Source of the DNA: a virus
Taxonomy: Duplodnaviria; Caudoviricetes
Reading direction: 5' to 3' (one strand)
Virus record (IMG/VR): IMGVR_UViG_2899924645_000001
Span: 16,355-80,354 of that record
Length of the DNA: 64,000 nucleotides
Made by a program: the position numbers and the translations under genes. Below, one piece after another: positions 18,689 through 27,808 of this stretch. How positions within the stretch are numbered: position 1 is the first letter of the stretch; every line of letters begins with the position of its first letter. The notes beneath the pieces are model-generated. The model saw nothing but the letters and a program-made list of their open reading frames with translations. It was not told the DNA's origin and ran no database searches.

Positions 18689-19633
18689 TTGAGTCAAATA
18701 TGTTACAAATGTGTTATATATGTAGGGGGCCACGCGGTCTCCGGGAAACGCAGAGGAGAACAAGCGGTGCATCCCTTTAGCCTAGGACAGGAGTACGAGC
18801 GAGCTGCCTTGCTCTCCTTCGTCGGCAGCCGCCAAGCCCAGCCAGGGGTGATCTGGGGAAGTAGGGAGCCAGGCTGCGTCATCTGTACTTCAGGAGGCCG
18901 GCACGGCAAGCAGGCCGGGTACGTGGACGGGCAGCAGCCTGATGGTTCGTGGGTCTACGTGGGCCAGGGCACTAGCGGGGACCAGCGACTTGAGAACTCG
19001 GCGAACGCGAAGCTCGCATCGTTCGATCGATCTGTGTTGCTATTCACCACGCGCGAGCCCAACTCCAGGGAGATTGCGCTGCGCGGGTACGGCAAGCACT
19101 ACGTCTTCCGAGGTGCATTCAATGTCGCTGGCTTCGAGTTCTTCTCCCCCGACTCGGGATCGAGGAAGGGCGACCGCCTGCTGCGATTCTTCTTAATGCC
19201 GGCAGACGACAGCTACATTGAAAGCCAAGCGTTCGAGCCGAGCGTCACCGCTGAGCACGAGTTGTCACTCCGTGCCATGCAATTGAAGCTTCGCGAATTA
19301 GCAAGTCCAGCCAAGCAGAAGAGGCTGACGACGATCGAGTACCGAGCGCGCAGTGCGGCAGTGCATCGATACGCGTTGGCCAGGGCGAAGGGTAGTTGTG
19401 AGTGCTGCGGCTTGGGCGCACCCTTTGAAAGCGATCAGGGCATTCCATACCTGGAGGTGCATCATCTCTTGAGGTTGGCAGACGATGGTCCTGATGCGCC
19501 AAGCAACGTAGCTGCCGTTTGCCCGAACTGCCATCGTGCCCTGCATCATTCCAAGGGACGAGCTGCTCTCGCGGCGTCGTTGCGTTTGCGGGTTGCGAAG
19601 TTCGAAGATGAAATCGTCCATGCGCCTGGGTAA
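18689..19633 (+). CDS. SRA/PUA-like domain + McrA-type HNH endonuclease (putative type IV modification-dependent REase); start may be GTG near 18766
   Basis: N-terminal GY.DG.QPDGSWVYVGQG..GDQ....N; C-terminal CECCG..APF....G.PYLEVHH...LADDGPD.PSN.AAVCPNCHRALH. Confidence 0.8.
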   Translation: MSQICYKCVIYVGGHAVSGKRRGEQAVHPFSLGQEYERAALLSFVGSRQAQPGVIWGSREPGCVICTSGGRHGKQAGYVDGQQPDGSWVYVGQGTSGDQRLENSANAKLASFDRSVLLFTTREPNSREIALRGYGKHYVFRGAFNVAGFEFFSPDSGSRKGDRLLRFFLMPADDSYIESQAFEPSVTAEHELSLRAMQLKLRELASPAKQKRLTTIEYRARSAAVHRYALARAKGSCECCGLGAPFESDQGIPYLEVHHLLRLADDGPDAPSNVAAVCPNCHRALHHSKGRAALAASLRLRVAKFEDEIVHAPG

Positions 19634-19745
19634 GCGCGGCCCTTCAACGAGCCTGGGCTTGGGCGTTCGATCCCTCTTGAGCAGGCCAGCGCCAACGACG
19701 TACCGTCACCGACAATCCTGTCCGTCCAACTAGAACACGCACTCG

Positions 19746-22115
19746 ATGACATCGAAAGAACTCCACTTCGACGTAAGCACGGGCTTGAAGCGCGTCATCG
19801 GACGCGACTTAATCACGAACGACGAAGTCGCCATCTTCGAGCTCGTCAAGAACTCTTTCGATGCTAACGCGCGGAACGTGCAACTGTACTTCTCGTCGCA
19901 AGGCCTGATCATCGTCGACGATGGCAAGGGCATGACGTATGACGACCTGACCAAGAAATGGCTGTTCGTCGCGTATTCGTCCAAGAGCGGCGGGGCTGGC
20001 GCATCGGCCGCGCCCGGCCAGTTCCGAGAGCTGATCGCTGAGCGCAGGCACTACGCTGGCAGCAAGGGCATTGGGCGGTTCTCGTCTGACAGGCTCGGCA
20101 GCACGCTGCTGATGCAGACGCGTTCATCGGCGGAGAACGGGCCGGTCCACGAGGTCTTTGTCGACTGGGGCTTGTTCGAGGCCAACCTGCGAGAACAGTT
20201 CGGGAATATTCCAGTGCGCTACACGGAGCGCGAGGCATTCACTTTGCCCCCAGAGGTAGACGTTCCCGATCACGGCACGGCGATCTTCATTAAGGTCAAC
20301 CCCGAGGATCGATTGCCCTGGGACCGGCATCGAATATTGCAGCTTAAGGCGTCGCTCGCGAAGCTCATCAATCCGTTCGGTAGCGGTGTCGATGGATTCC
20401 AGATCAACATCATTGCGCCGGAGGAGGAGGAGGCCGACAAGGCGGAGGCCCAGTCTCCTCGGAGGACGGAGGAGCTCAGCCCGAACGACGTCGTCAATGG
20501 CCACGTCGGTAACTTCATCTTCTCGACCCTACGGGACAAGACGACCTTCATCGAGGTGTGGTTGTCCGACGACGGCGGTTTCATCAACAGCGCGCTGACC
20601 GATCGGGGCGAACTGGTGTATCGGATTCGGGAGCCGAATCCTTACGAGTGGCTCCAGCAATCCGGATTCAGGTGCGAGCTCTACTACCTAAACCAGTCGG
20701 CGAAGACGACATTCGCCCGTCGGATGGGCGTGTCGTCCGTCAAGTTCGGGTCGGCCTTCCTCTTCCGCAACGGGTTCCGGGTCTATCCGATAGGCGAGGA
20801 GGGCGATGATTCGTTCGGGATCGACCGACGGAAGCAGCAGGGCTACGCACGCTTCCTTGGAACCCGGGACATCATCGGGCGCCTGGACGTCTCCGGGCCA
20901 GAAGATCTGTTCAAGGAGGCCTCCAGCCGGAACCAGGGCTTGATCGACTCGGCTGCCGTTGACGAGTTGAAGGCATGCTTCTGGGAATATTGCCTCAAGC
21001 GGCTCGAGCGCTACGTCGTGCCAGTCACGTGGGCTGATCGAGCGGAAAAGGACACGGAGGATCTTTCTCGCTTGCTGACAGACTCGGGCAAGGCTCGCGT
21101 TGCTAGCGCCTTCGCGAAACTTATCGACGACGCCGATGTCGAGGTGCTGGAGTACAGCAAGAAGCTAATCGGCATCTTGAACGAGCGATCGAGCCAGTTC
21201 GAGGAGTCGATGGTCAGCCTCCGCGCCATCGCGCTCAAGAGCAGCGATGTGGCGATGCTTGAAAGCCTCGACCGGGCCGAGACGCGTTTCGCGGAACTCC
21301 GGCGGGCGGAATCCGAAGCTGTCAAGATCGCAGGCGAGGAGCGACGTGCGCGCGAGGCTGCTGAACGCATCGCGGAGCAAGCAAGGCAAGACGTCAATCG
21401 TCTCGAGGTCGATCTCGGCGAGGAGCAGAAGCGCACGCGCTTCCTCATGTCGATCAAGTCCCTCGACCACGACACGATCCTGAACCTGCACCACCAGATC
21501 ACCATCTACGCCGCCGACGCCAAGCAGCAGATCGAGAATTGCATCGCCGCGGCGAAAGTCAACGGACTCTCTCCCGAAGAGACCGTGGCCCGGCTGGAGA
21601 ATATCGCCTTCCTGAACCACAAGGTGCTATCGATCTCGAGGTTGGCGACCAAAGCGAACTTCAGGCTGGAGTCCGACTATATCGAGGGAGATCTGGCGGC
21701 CTACGTCGACGACTACCTTACCCAAGGAGCGGCACCGTTCCTCGGCTCGGGCATTGAGCTCAAGGTGGGCCGGCACGATGCGGTTCTAGTCAAAAGGTTT
21801 CGGCCGATCGAGGTCTCGATCGTGATCGACAACCTTATCAGCAACGCCGAGCGAGCTCGCGCGACCGAGGTCGTCTTTGATCTCTCGAATCCGGACAAGA
21901 AGACGTTGCTTATGACGGTCACGGACAACGGTCGGGGCATCTCCCATTCGATCGCGGACGTGGAGCAGATCTTCGAGCTCGGGTTCTCCAGGACTTCCGG
22001 CTCGGGGATCGGGATGTACCACGTCCGGCAGGTACTTGGGGAGATGGGCGGGAGCATCTCGGTGGATACCGCCGTCCGACGCGGTGCCAAGTTCGACGTT
22101 AAGGTGACCGCATGA
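19746..22115 (+). CDS. Prokaryotic MORC-type GHKL ATPase fused to a C-terminal histidine kinase module
   Basis: N-terminal ELVKNSFDA, DDGKGM, GSKGIGRFS; coiled coil; H-box-like LHHQI; DNLISNA, DNGRGI, IFELGFS, GSGIGM; no TM segment. Confidence 0.88.
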   Translation: MTSKELHFDVSTGLKRVIGRDLITNDEVAIFELVKNSFDANARNVQLYFSSQGLIIVDDGKGMTYDDLTKKWLFVAYSSKSGGAGASAAPGQFRELIAERRHYAGSKGIGRFSSDRLGSTLLMQTRSSAENGPVHEVFVDWGLFEANLREQFGNIPVRYTEREAFTLPPEVDVPDHGTAIFIKVNPEDRLPWDRHRILQLKASLAKLINPFGSGVDGFQINIIAPEEEEADKAEAQSPRRTEELSPNDVVNGHVGNFIFSTLRDKTTFIEVWLSDDGGFINSALTDRGELVYRIREPNPYEWLQQSGFRCELYYLNQSAKTTFARRMGVSSVKFGSAFLFRNGFRVYPIGEEGDDSFGIDRRKQQGYARFLGTRDIIGRLDVSGPEDLFKEASSRNQGLIDSAAVDELKACFWEYCLKRLERYVVPVTWADRAEKDTEDLSRLLTDSGKARVASAFAKLIDDADVEVLEYSKKLIGILNERSSQFEESMVSLRAIALKSSDVAMLESLDRAETRFAELRRAESEAVKIAGEERRAREAAERIAEQARQDVNRLEVDLGEEQKRTRFLMSIKSLDHDTILNLHHQITIYAADAKQQIENCIAAAKVNGLSPEETVARLENIAFLNHKVLSISRLATKANFRLESDYIEGDLAAYVDDYLTQGAAPFLGSGIELKVGRHDAVLVKRFRPIEVSIVIDNLISNAERARATEVVFDLSNPDKKTLLMTVTDNGRGISHSIADVEQIFELGFSRTSGSGIGMYHVRQVLGEMGGSISVDTAVRRGAKFDVKVTA

Positions 22116-23038
22116 GGCTCGACTTCACGATTCTGTGGATCGATGACCAGCCGCAACATATCCGGAGCTTCGAAGAAGGACTGAGAAATGCTTTGGACGC
22201 CCTGGGTTTCAAGCTAACCGTCATCCCCGTCGCTGGCTTGGACGCCGTCGATGCGACGGTGTCAGAGCATGTCCACGACGACGCAATTGATCTGGTGTTG
22301 GTGGACTACGACTTGAACGGGAAGGGCACCGGGGGCGAGGAGGCCCTCCTTCAGGTGCGAAAGAAGCTGCCCTTCAAAGACGTGATCTTTTACTCGGGCA
22401 CCGACGTGAAGAAGCTCCGGGAGATCGCGTACAACGCCGGCGTCGACGGCATCTATTTCTCGTCGAGGCCGGGGCTTGTCGGCAACGCGACGAAGGCGAT
22501 CCAGAAGCTCCTAAGCAAGGTCATGGACCTCGACCACATGCGAGGCGTGGTTATGTCAGCCTCAAGCGACATCGACTTCGTTGTGGAGCGCAGCCTGCTC
22601 AAAATGCATGATGCGCTGGATGAAGCGGAAAGGGCGGCCCTGCATGCCGAGATCGTCGCCGAGCTGCGAGAGAAGCTCAAGAAATGGAGCGACGAGCTGG
22701 AAAAGGTAGGCTCGAAGGGGGACTTCGCCAGCCTGATGAAGAAGAAGCACATCTTCACCGCTTCGGACAGACTAGGCAGCCTCTTGAAGCGGCTCGCATC
22801 CTGGGAAGCGGAGCACGACGGAACGCGTTCTAAGGTTGACAACTACATCAATGGCGTCGTTCAACGGCGTAACAAGCTCGCGCACGCGATGCTACGGCGC
22901 CAAGACGGCAAGCTGCGGATGGTCGGCATGGAGCAAAACTGGACGGCCGAGGAAATGACCGCCCTGCGGCGAGAGCTGATCGACCACCGCGACAACTTTA
23001 TGCTCATCGCGGTATTGCTGGACGTCAGCCTGGACTAG
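22112..23038 (+). CDS. Receiver (REC) domain protein with C-terminal helical HEPN-like domain
   Basis: ILWIDD, LVLVDYDL (phosphoacceptor Asp), FYSG; C-terminal RNKLAH = R-x4-H motif at 22868-22885; ATGA overlap with the kinase gene. Confidence 0.8.
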   Translation: MRLDFTILWIDDQPQHIRSFEEGLRNALDALGFKLTVIPVAGLDAVDATVSEHVHDDAIDLVLVDYDLNGKGTGGEEALLQVRKKLPFKDVIFYSGTDVKKLREIAYNAGVDGIYFSSRPGLVGNATKAIQKLLSKVMDLDHMRGVVMSASSDIDFVVERSLLKMHDALDEAERAALHAEIVAELREKLKKWSDELEKVGSKGDFASLMKKKHIFTASDRLGSLLKRLASWEAEHDGTRSKVDNYINGVVQRRNKLAHAMLRRQDGKLRMVGMEQNWTAEEMTALRRELIDHRDNFMLIAVLLDVSLD

Positions 23039-24320
23039 GCACCGAAGTCGCCAGCCACACGGCTACAGACTTCCCGATCGCTTCCGCCATCAGCGGGGGA
23101 ACCGCGTTCGCGACCTGCGTGAAACGAGGAACCTCCTGTTTTCGAAGCTGGCCACCCGTCGTGTACTTGCCCCGGAATTGGAACCAGTCTGGAAAGCTCT
23201 GCAGCCGCGCATTTTCTCGTACCGTCAGGGTGCGAGGCTCGCGGTAGTGCAGCAGGTCGTCCGGCATGCTCGTGATAGTGGGCGACGGACGATCGGGATC
23301 GAGCACCCGTAGCGCCATTTTCTTGAGGCCGAATGATTCCCGGAGTTCGCGACTGATCGACACGTTCAGTCGGCCATCCTTGTGCGATATGTCGATGATC
23401 TGTTCGAAGCGTTTGACGATCTCGGGCCTGTGGCGCGCCAGCCTGGAGCTATCAGGCGTCGTCTCGCTTCCTGCTCGCATGAGCTTCTGGAAATTCGTCC
23501 TCGCGGGCCCGTAGGCGATCGCGCTGAACCCCTTGCTGTCGGGGCAGTCGATGACGCTGCCGCGCGCGAGCTCGAGATCCGATATGGCAGCGGAAGCGCT
23601 TGTGGTCGTTAGGAGCCCCTTGGATTGCAGGAATTGGTTACGGCTGCCAGTCAAGGCCTCGAAGGGATCTTGAGATTCCTTGAGCTCCTTCCGCAGGCCC
23701 AGCAGAAAGAAACGCACCCTGGCCTGGGGTACGCCGTAGTCCGACACCTTGATCATCTTCCAGCGCACGCGGTAGTCCTTCGACAGCTCGCGCACCAACT
23801 TCTCGGCGTAGTTGATGCGGCCGTCGTTGCTGGATTCGTCCACGAAGTCCACGGTGATCCCGTTGACATTCTCGATCAGGACCGCTCGTGGGCGAACCTT
23901 CCGCACGAGCTTCAGGTAGCTGTCCATCAGGGCATTGCGCGGATCTGCGGCATTGCGACGTCCAGCGCTGGAGAATCCCTGACACGGCGGGCCGCCGGCC
24001 ATCAAGTCGACTTTACCGGACAGCGACGCCAGCTTCCCCGAATGCTTGGCAAGCAGTTCCATGGCGCAGATCGGCTGTTGCGGTAGCCATGCCGGCCATT
24101 GGTAGCAATGCTCGCCCTCGCGCGCCAACAGGTTCGTCTTCAGGGTTTCAAAGGCAAATTTATCCTTCTCAACCGCGAAGAGGCCATTCCAGCCAGCTTG
24201 CATCAGGCCAAGGCTAAGGCCGCCGCAGCCGGCGAAGACGTCGATGAACGTCAGGCGCTTCGTCTGGGCAGTGCTTGCCTCCTCGCCGCCGTCCTGGGGG
24301 GGACTTTTGACTTGTAGCAT
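23025..24320 (-). CDS. DNA (cytosine-5) methyltransferase, convergent with the HK/REC operon
   Basis: Motif I DVFAGCGG, IV GGPPCQGFS, VI ENV, VIII PQARVR, IX RENARLQSFPD, X VANAVPP. Confidence 0.95.
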   Translation of the reverse strand: MLQVKSPPQDGGEEASTAQTKRLTFIDVFAGCGGLSLGLMQAGWNGLFAVEKDKFAFETLKTNLLAREGEHCYQWPAWLPQQPICAMELLAKHSGKLASLSGKVDLMAGGPPCQGFSSAGRRNAADPRNALMDSYLKLVRKVRPRAVLIENVNGITVDFVDESSNDGRINYAEKLVRELSKDYRVRWKMIKVSDYGVPQARVRFFLLGLRKELKESQDPFEALTGSRNQFLQSKGLLTTTSASAAISDLELARGSVIDCPDSKGFSAIAYGPARTNFQKLMRAGSETTPDSSRLARHRPEIVKRFEQIIDISHKDGRLNVSISRELRESFGLKKMALRVLDPDRPSPTITSMPDDLLHYREPRTLTVRENARLQSFPDWFQFRGKYTTGGQLRKQEVPRFTQVANAVPPLMAEAIGKSVAVWLATSVPSPG

Positions 24321-24893
24321 ACCGGTCTAGTTGATACTGAGGGTCGAAGTATCGCGGAACCGCGCTGATTGCACCAGGTGCAATTGCCTGAAGATGCGCG
24401 TTGCGGTCTCGACTACGCTGCATGCTGTGGGACTAAGCTCGCCAAGCGAAGCTTCGGTCCATCGACCAGGGTTGGGGTACCAGACGTGCAGACGTCTGCA
24501 CATCCTCGCCGTGGTGAAGGTGATGGGCGACCGAGGCAGGCGATCGGCGGCTGGTCAAAGTTCTCCTGCATCGCTGCCCTTCCGGTGTTTAGAAGCGCTC
24601 GACGGGAGTTGTCGGATAACCAAACCATTAATCTCATACGTCCTCTCCGCCGAGAGGTCTCCTAAGCGTGAGCTGACCTTTGTGGCGTCGACTTGAACTA
24701 CCGCTGTCGCTGACCTGCCGAAATTGGGCCGACAAAACGCACCGCCGGACGGCGAACCGATCAGGAGCTGTCGGTGGGGGTGTGCGAGGCAAGGACATCA
24801 ACCGCTGCCAAGCACATGTGCGCAGCGGTCCCGACCCGTTGCCTTCGAGTTCTAAGCCGATCGGTCCTGGACCTCAAGTAGGTAGTCAAATTT

Positions 24894-24912
24894 TATGGCC
24901 TGTTGTATGGCC
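24894..24912 (+). repeat. Arm-type integrase site pair (left of core)
   Basis: TATGGCC at 24894 and 24906, 12-bp period. Confidence 0.5.
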
Positions 24913-24966
24913 GGTAGAAATGAATGATGAGTTCAAAGGGCCCATGAATACAGCATTCTTCGCGGT

Positions 24967-24980
24967 CACACTCTCCGCCA
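24967..24980 (+). repeat. att core: tRNA-Ser-like 3' end fragment CACACTCTCCGCCA
   Basis: Ends ...CTCTCCGCCA, typical of tRNA-Ser acceptor ends; no upstream cloverleaf; lies between arm repeats and 160 bp upstream of a tyrosine integrase. Confidence 0.6.
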
Positions 24981-25003
24981 GAATCAATCTCTGGCAGTTT
25001 TTG

Positions 25004-25037
25004 AAAGTCCCGCGCAGTCCCTGCGACGGGACTTTTT
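25004..25037 (+). terminator. Intrinsic terminator (possibly bidirectional)
   Basis: AAAGTCCCG-CGCAG-TCC-CTGCG-A-CGGGACTTTTT. Confidence 0.75.
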
Positions 25038-25104
25038 CATTGGAGGATTGGTCTTTGTGAGTCTCGAAGGGTCCGGCGCGAAATCTCCCCAGCCCGGCTC
25101 CCAA

Positions 25105-25144
25105 CATGGCATCAGTCATGGTATTTTCCTGCGGATACCATGAC
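25105..25144. repeat. Arm-type integrase sites overlapping the int start
   Basis: CATGGCA/CATGGTA direct pair (25105, 25117; 12-bp period) and perfect inverted GTCATGGTAT-N10-ATACCATGAC. Confidence 0.55.
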
Positions 25145-26303
25145 ACTCACCGTTAAAGCTGTTGACGCGGCCAAGCCGCGCGAGAAGGCGTACAAGTTGG
25201 CGGATGCCCACGGCCTCTACCTCTACGTTTCGCCCAAGGGCGCAAAGAGCTGGCGGGCCAACTACACGGAAGCCGGAAAGCAGAAGACGCGGACGTACGG
25301 CCTCTACCCTGGGGTGAGCCTGGCCGAGGCGCGAAAGGCCCATTCAGCGGGGCGAGAAGAGGCTCCAGCGCCAAAGCTGGCGCCGACATTCGAGGCGGTA
25401 GTGCGCGACTGGCTGAAGGCGAAGCTGCCGACGCTTTCCAACGGCAAGCATCAGATTCAGGTGGCGAACACCTTGGAGCGCTACGCGCTGCCGTTTCTCG
25501 GCAAGCTGCCTATCAACGCGATTCCGAGGTCAGAGCTGGTGAAGGTGGTGCGTGCTGCCCAAGCGGGCGGAAAGATCGAAACCGGACATCGCGTCGCGAG
25601 CCGGATTTCGGCGGTTTTCGATTTCGCCCAAGACACCGGGCTGATAGAGCAGCATGGCGCAGCCGGCCTCACGCGCGTGCTCATCGCGCGCAAGACAAAG
25701 AAGCCGATGGCAAGCATCCCTCCGGAAGAGGCCGGAGTGCTGATGCGCGCCATAGATGGATATGACGACTCAGTAACCCGGCTCGGGCTGCTGCTGCTCG
25801 CGCACACCTTCGTCCGGGTTGGTGAGTTGAGGGGGATGCTATGGGGGGAACTGAAGGAAGGCGGCGCGGTGTGGGTCGTTCCCGAGACCCGAATGAAGAT
25901 GCGCATGCCGCACGTCGTGCCTCTCTCGCGACAGGCTCAGTCAATCCTTGCAAAGCTGCGCGAGATGAGCGGCGACGGTGCGCTTGTGCTCGATTCGCCC
26001 ATTCATCCGGGGCACCCGCTGTCGGAGAACACCTTTCTGTTTGCCCTGTATCGGCTTGGCTACCGTGGGCGGATGACGGCCCACGGGTTCCGCGCCTTGG
26101 CTTCGACAGTGCTCAACGAGCGGTCGGGGTTTCCGCATGACGTGATCGAGCGGCAGCTCGCGCACAAGGAGACAGACGCTGTTCGCGCGGCGTACAACCG
26201 CGCTGAATACCTTACGCAGCGCCGTGAGCTGATGCAGTGGTGGTCGGATTGGCTGGAGGCGGCTCAACGAAGCGACGAAGGTCCGAGACCCGCCAGCGCG
26301 TGA
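25140..26303 (+). CDS. int: Tyrosine integrase, P4-like with arm-binding domain
   Basis: KLADAHGLYLYVSPKGAKSW; FVRVGELR; HGFRALAST; IERQLAH; AAYNRAEY. Confidence 0.96.
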   Translation: MTLTVKAVDAAKPREKAYKLADAHGLYLYVSPKGAKSWRANYTEAGKQKTRTYGLYPGVSLAEARKAHSAGREEAPAPKLAPTFEAVVRDWLKAKLPTLSNGKHQIQVANTLERYALPFLGKLPINAIPRSELVKVVRAAQAGGKIETGHRVASRISAVFDFAQDTGLIEQHGAAGLTRVLIARKTKKPMASIPPEEAGVLMRAIDGYDDSVTRLGLLLLAHTFVRVGELRGMLWGELKEGGAVWVVPETRMKMRMPHVVPLSRQAQSILAKLREMSGDGALVLDSPIHPGHPLSENTFLFALYRLGYRGRMTAHGFRALASTVLNERSGFPHDVIERQLAHKETDAVRAAYNRAEYLTQRRELMQWWSDWLEAAQRSDEGPRPASA

Positions 26304-26448
26304 GGCCGGCAATCTTGACCGGCTGCGGGAGTTTGTTCTCTCTGACTTTGTTCCAGAAGGTGGAGCGGCCCATCGAGAGCATTTGAGCGGCCTCGACCGC
26401 GGGGACAAGGAGCTTTTCGTTCATCGTTTGCGTGGTGCTTGTGTTCAT
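26212..26448 (-). CDS. AlpA-family excisionase/recombination directionality factor
   Basis: EAAQMLSMGRSTFWNKVRENKLPQPVKIAGLTRWRVSDL; convergent overlap with int 3' end. Confidence 0.85.
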   Translation of the reverse strand: MNTSTTQTMNEKLLVPAVEAAQMLSMGRSTFWNKVRENKLPQPVKIAGLTRWRVSDLRRFVEPPPANPTTTASAHGAA

Positions 26449-26894
26449 TGGCTGATTCCTTCCTCTGCCGCGGCCTGGCGGCGAATGCGCGCGAGCGATT
26501 CGATGAATGCATCGAACATCTGCCTTGGCGAGCTGTTGCGGGTTATTTCTTCGCAGACCTGGAGGCCGGCGGCCATCGCTTGCAGGCCGGGTCCGTCGAA
26601 GCCATAGCGGCCGTGTCGGCCGTGAATTGCGTCGCAGCGGCGAAGCGCGTCTGCTGCGGCGCGGAGGGGCGCGAGGCAAAGCTCGTCTATCTGCTCGGCG
26701 CGCACCATGACCGTATTCAGGTGCGTGCTGAGCCTGTCGAAAAGCTCGTCGTCGGTGCTGCCCGTCTTCAGGTCTGCGAAGGCGCTGTAGACCTTGGTCA
26801 TGATGTCGTCACCGGCCGGGATGTTGTGCACCTGACGTGCGGCGACAGCGACAGCGACCATCGCGGGGCGGACGCGGCGGCTGTTGCGCTTCAT
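26445..26894 (-). CDS. Conserved hypothetical phage early protein
   Basis: Coupled by 4-bp overlaps to neighbours; helical protein ...LRRCDAIHGRHGRYGFDGPG. Confidence 0.7.
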   Translation of the reverse strand: MKRNSRRVRPAMVAVAVAARQVHNIPAGDDIMTKVYSAFADLKTGSTDDELFDRLSTHLNTVMVRAEQIDELCLAPLRAAADALRRCDAIHGRHGRYGFDGPGLQAMAAGLQVCEEITRNSSPRQMFDAFIESLARIRRQAAAEEGISQ

Positions 26895-27808
26895 GCGGAC
26901 TCCCTGATTTGGACGATCAGGTCGCGTGCGACGGGCGGGCATACGGCGTTGCCCAGCATGTGCATCGCGGCCTTGTGCTGCGGCGGCAGCTTGTAGTCGG
27001 TCGGGAAGCCCATAGCGGCGCGCGCTTCATTGGCTCGCAGCATCCGCATACGGTTGCCGCGCACTAGCGCCCACCGGTCAACAGTGGTGATGGTCCCAAT
27101 GGGGCGATGGATGCTGCGGCCGGTGAGGCCCGAGCCGCTACCGTAGTAAGGGATCAGGAAGCGTCCGCATGCAAGGTCCCTGCGGCCCTGATGGATGCGC
27201 CGGAGCGTTGCCGGACTACGCTTTGCGGTCCGGATGGGCGACCATGTGCCCGCCTCGAAATCGACGATGGCGCTCGCGGGAACATGGTCGCGCTGCGGCA
27301 GCTTGAGCGTGATGGGATTCCTGCTGCGCGTGCCGACGACGAAGAGCCGGGCGCGGTGTTGAGGTACGCCGTGGTCTGCTGCATCGATCACCATGGGCGC
27401 CAGTGCGTACCCGAGCCCTTCCATGGCGAGAGCCCAGGCGGGATAGAGAGCCCAGTCGATGAAGGCCGGCACGTTCTCGACGATGAACACCGGCGGGCGG
27501 TGGCATTCGGCGGCCGACACGACAGCCCATGCCGTGCTTCGCAGCGCGTCGTGGTGAGGCTTCTCCTTGCCTCGGGCCGGGCTGTGCCCTTGGCAGGCGG
27601 GCGAGGCCAGCAGCAGATCGTGCGCCGGCACCTCGCGCCAGTCGGCCTGCTGCAAGTCCTGGCATGCGTGCACGGTGCCCGGGTGGTTGGCCGAGTGAAT
27701 TTCTACGGCGGCCTGCCAGTGGTTCGCCGCCCACACTACGCTGCAGCCCGCTTGCGTTGCTCCAGTCGAGAAGCCGCCAGCGCCGGCGAAAAGGTCGATG
27801 GCCTTCAT
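26891..27808 (-). CDS. Solitary phage DNA (cytosine-5) methyltransferase
   Basis: MKAIDLFAGAGG; ASPACQGHS; ENV; VPQHRARLF; LGNAVCPP. Confidence 0.93.
   Translation of the reverse strand: MKAIDLFAGAGGFSTGATQAGCSVVWAANHWQAAVEIHSANHPGTVHACQDLQQADWREVPAHDLLLASPACQGHSPARGKEKPHHDALRSTAWAVVSAAECHRPPVFIVENVPAFIDWALYPAWALAMEGLGYALAPMVIDAADHGVPQHRARLFVVGTRSRNPITLKLPQRDHVPASAIVDFEAGTWSPIRTAKRSPATLRRIHQGRRDLACGRFLIPYYGSGSGLTGRSIHRPIGTITTVDRWALVRGNRMRMLRANEARAAMGFPTDYKLPPQHKAAMHMLGNAVCPPVARDLIVQIRESA

Larger units (their letters stand above)
1..24980. mobile_element. P2/phiCTX-like (Peduoviridae-type) prophage, right part; left end outside window
   Basis: Canonical P2 order T,E',E,FII,FI,H,I,J,W,V,S,R,lysis,X,L,M,N,O with divergent P,Q; then cargo, cos-like site, cargo and att-like core. 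Confidence 0.93.

Noticed and set aside
19746-23038. Ordinary environmental two-component system
   Set aside because: No TM or PAS/GAF-type sensor and no DNA-binding output; MORC-type ATPase input and MTase/HNH neighbours indicate a conflict system
24321-24890. Vsr nuclease or C-controller gene upstream of the MTase
   Set aside because: None of the short ORFs shows Vsr or HTH motifs; treated as non-coding
16454-24980. P2 prophage defective because no A/cox/C/int follows Q
   Set aside because: The att-cargo-cos-cargo-Q order matches phiCTX-type organisation, where replication and int lie beyond the tail genes, i.e. left of this window
24900-24980. Full-length tRNA gene
   Set aside because: Only the last 10-14 nt resemble a tRNA-Ser end; no TTCGA T-loop or cloverleaf upstream
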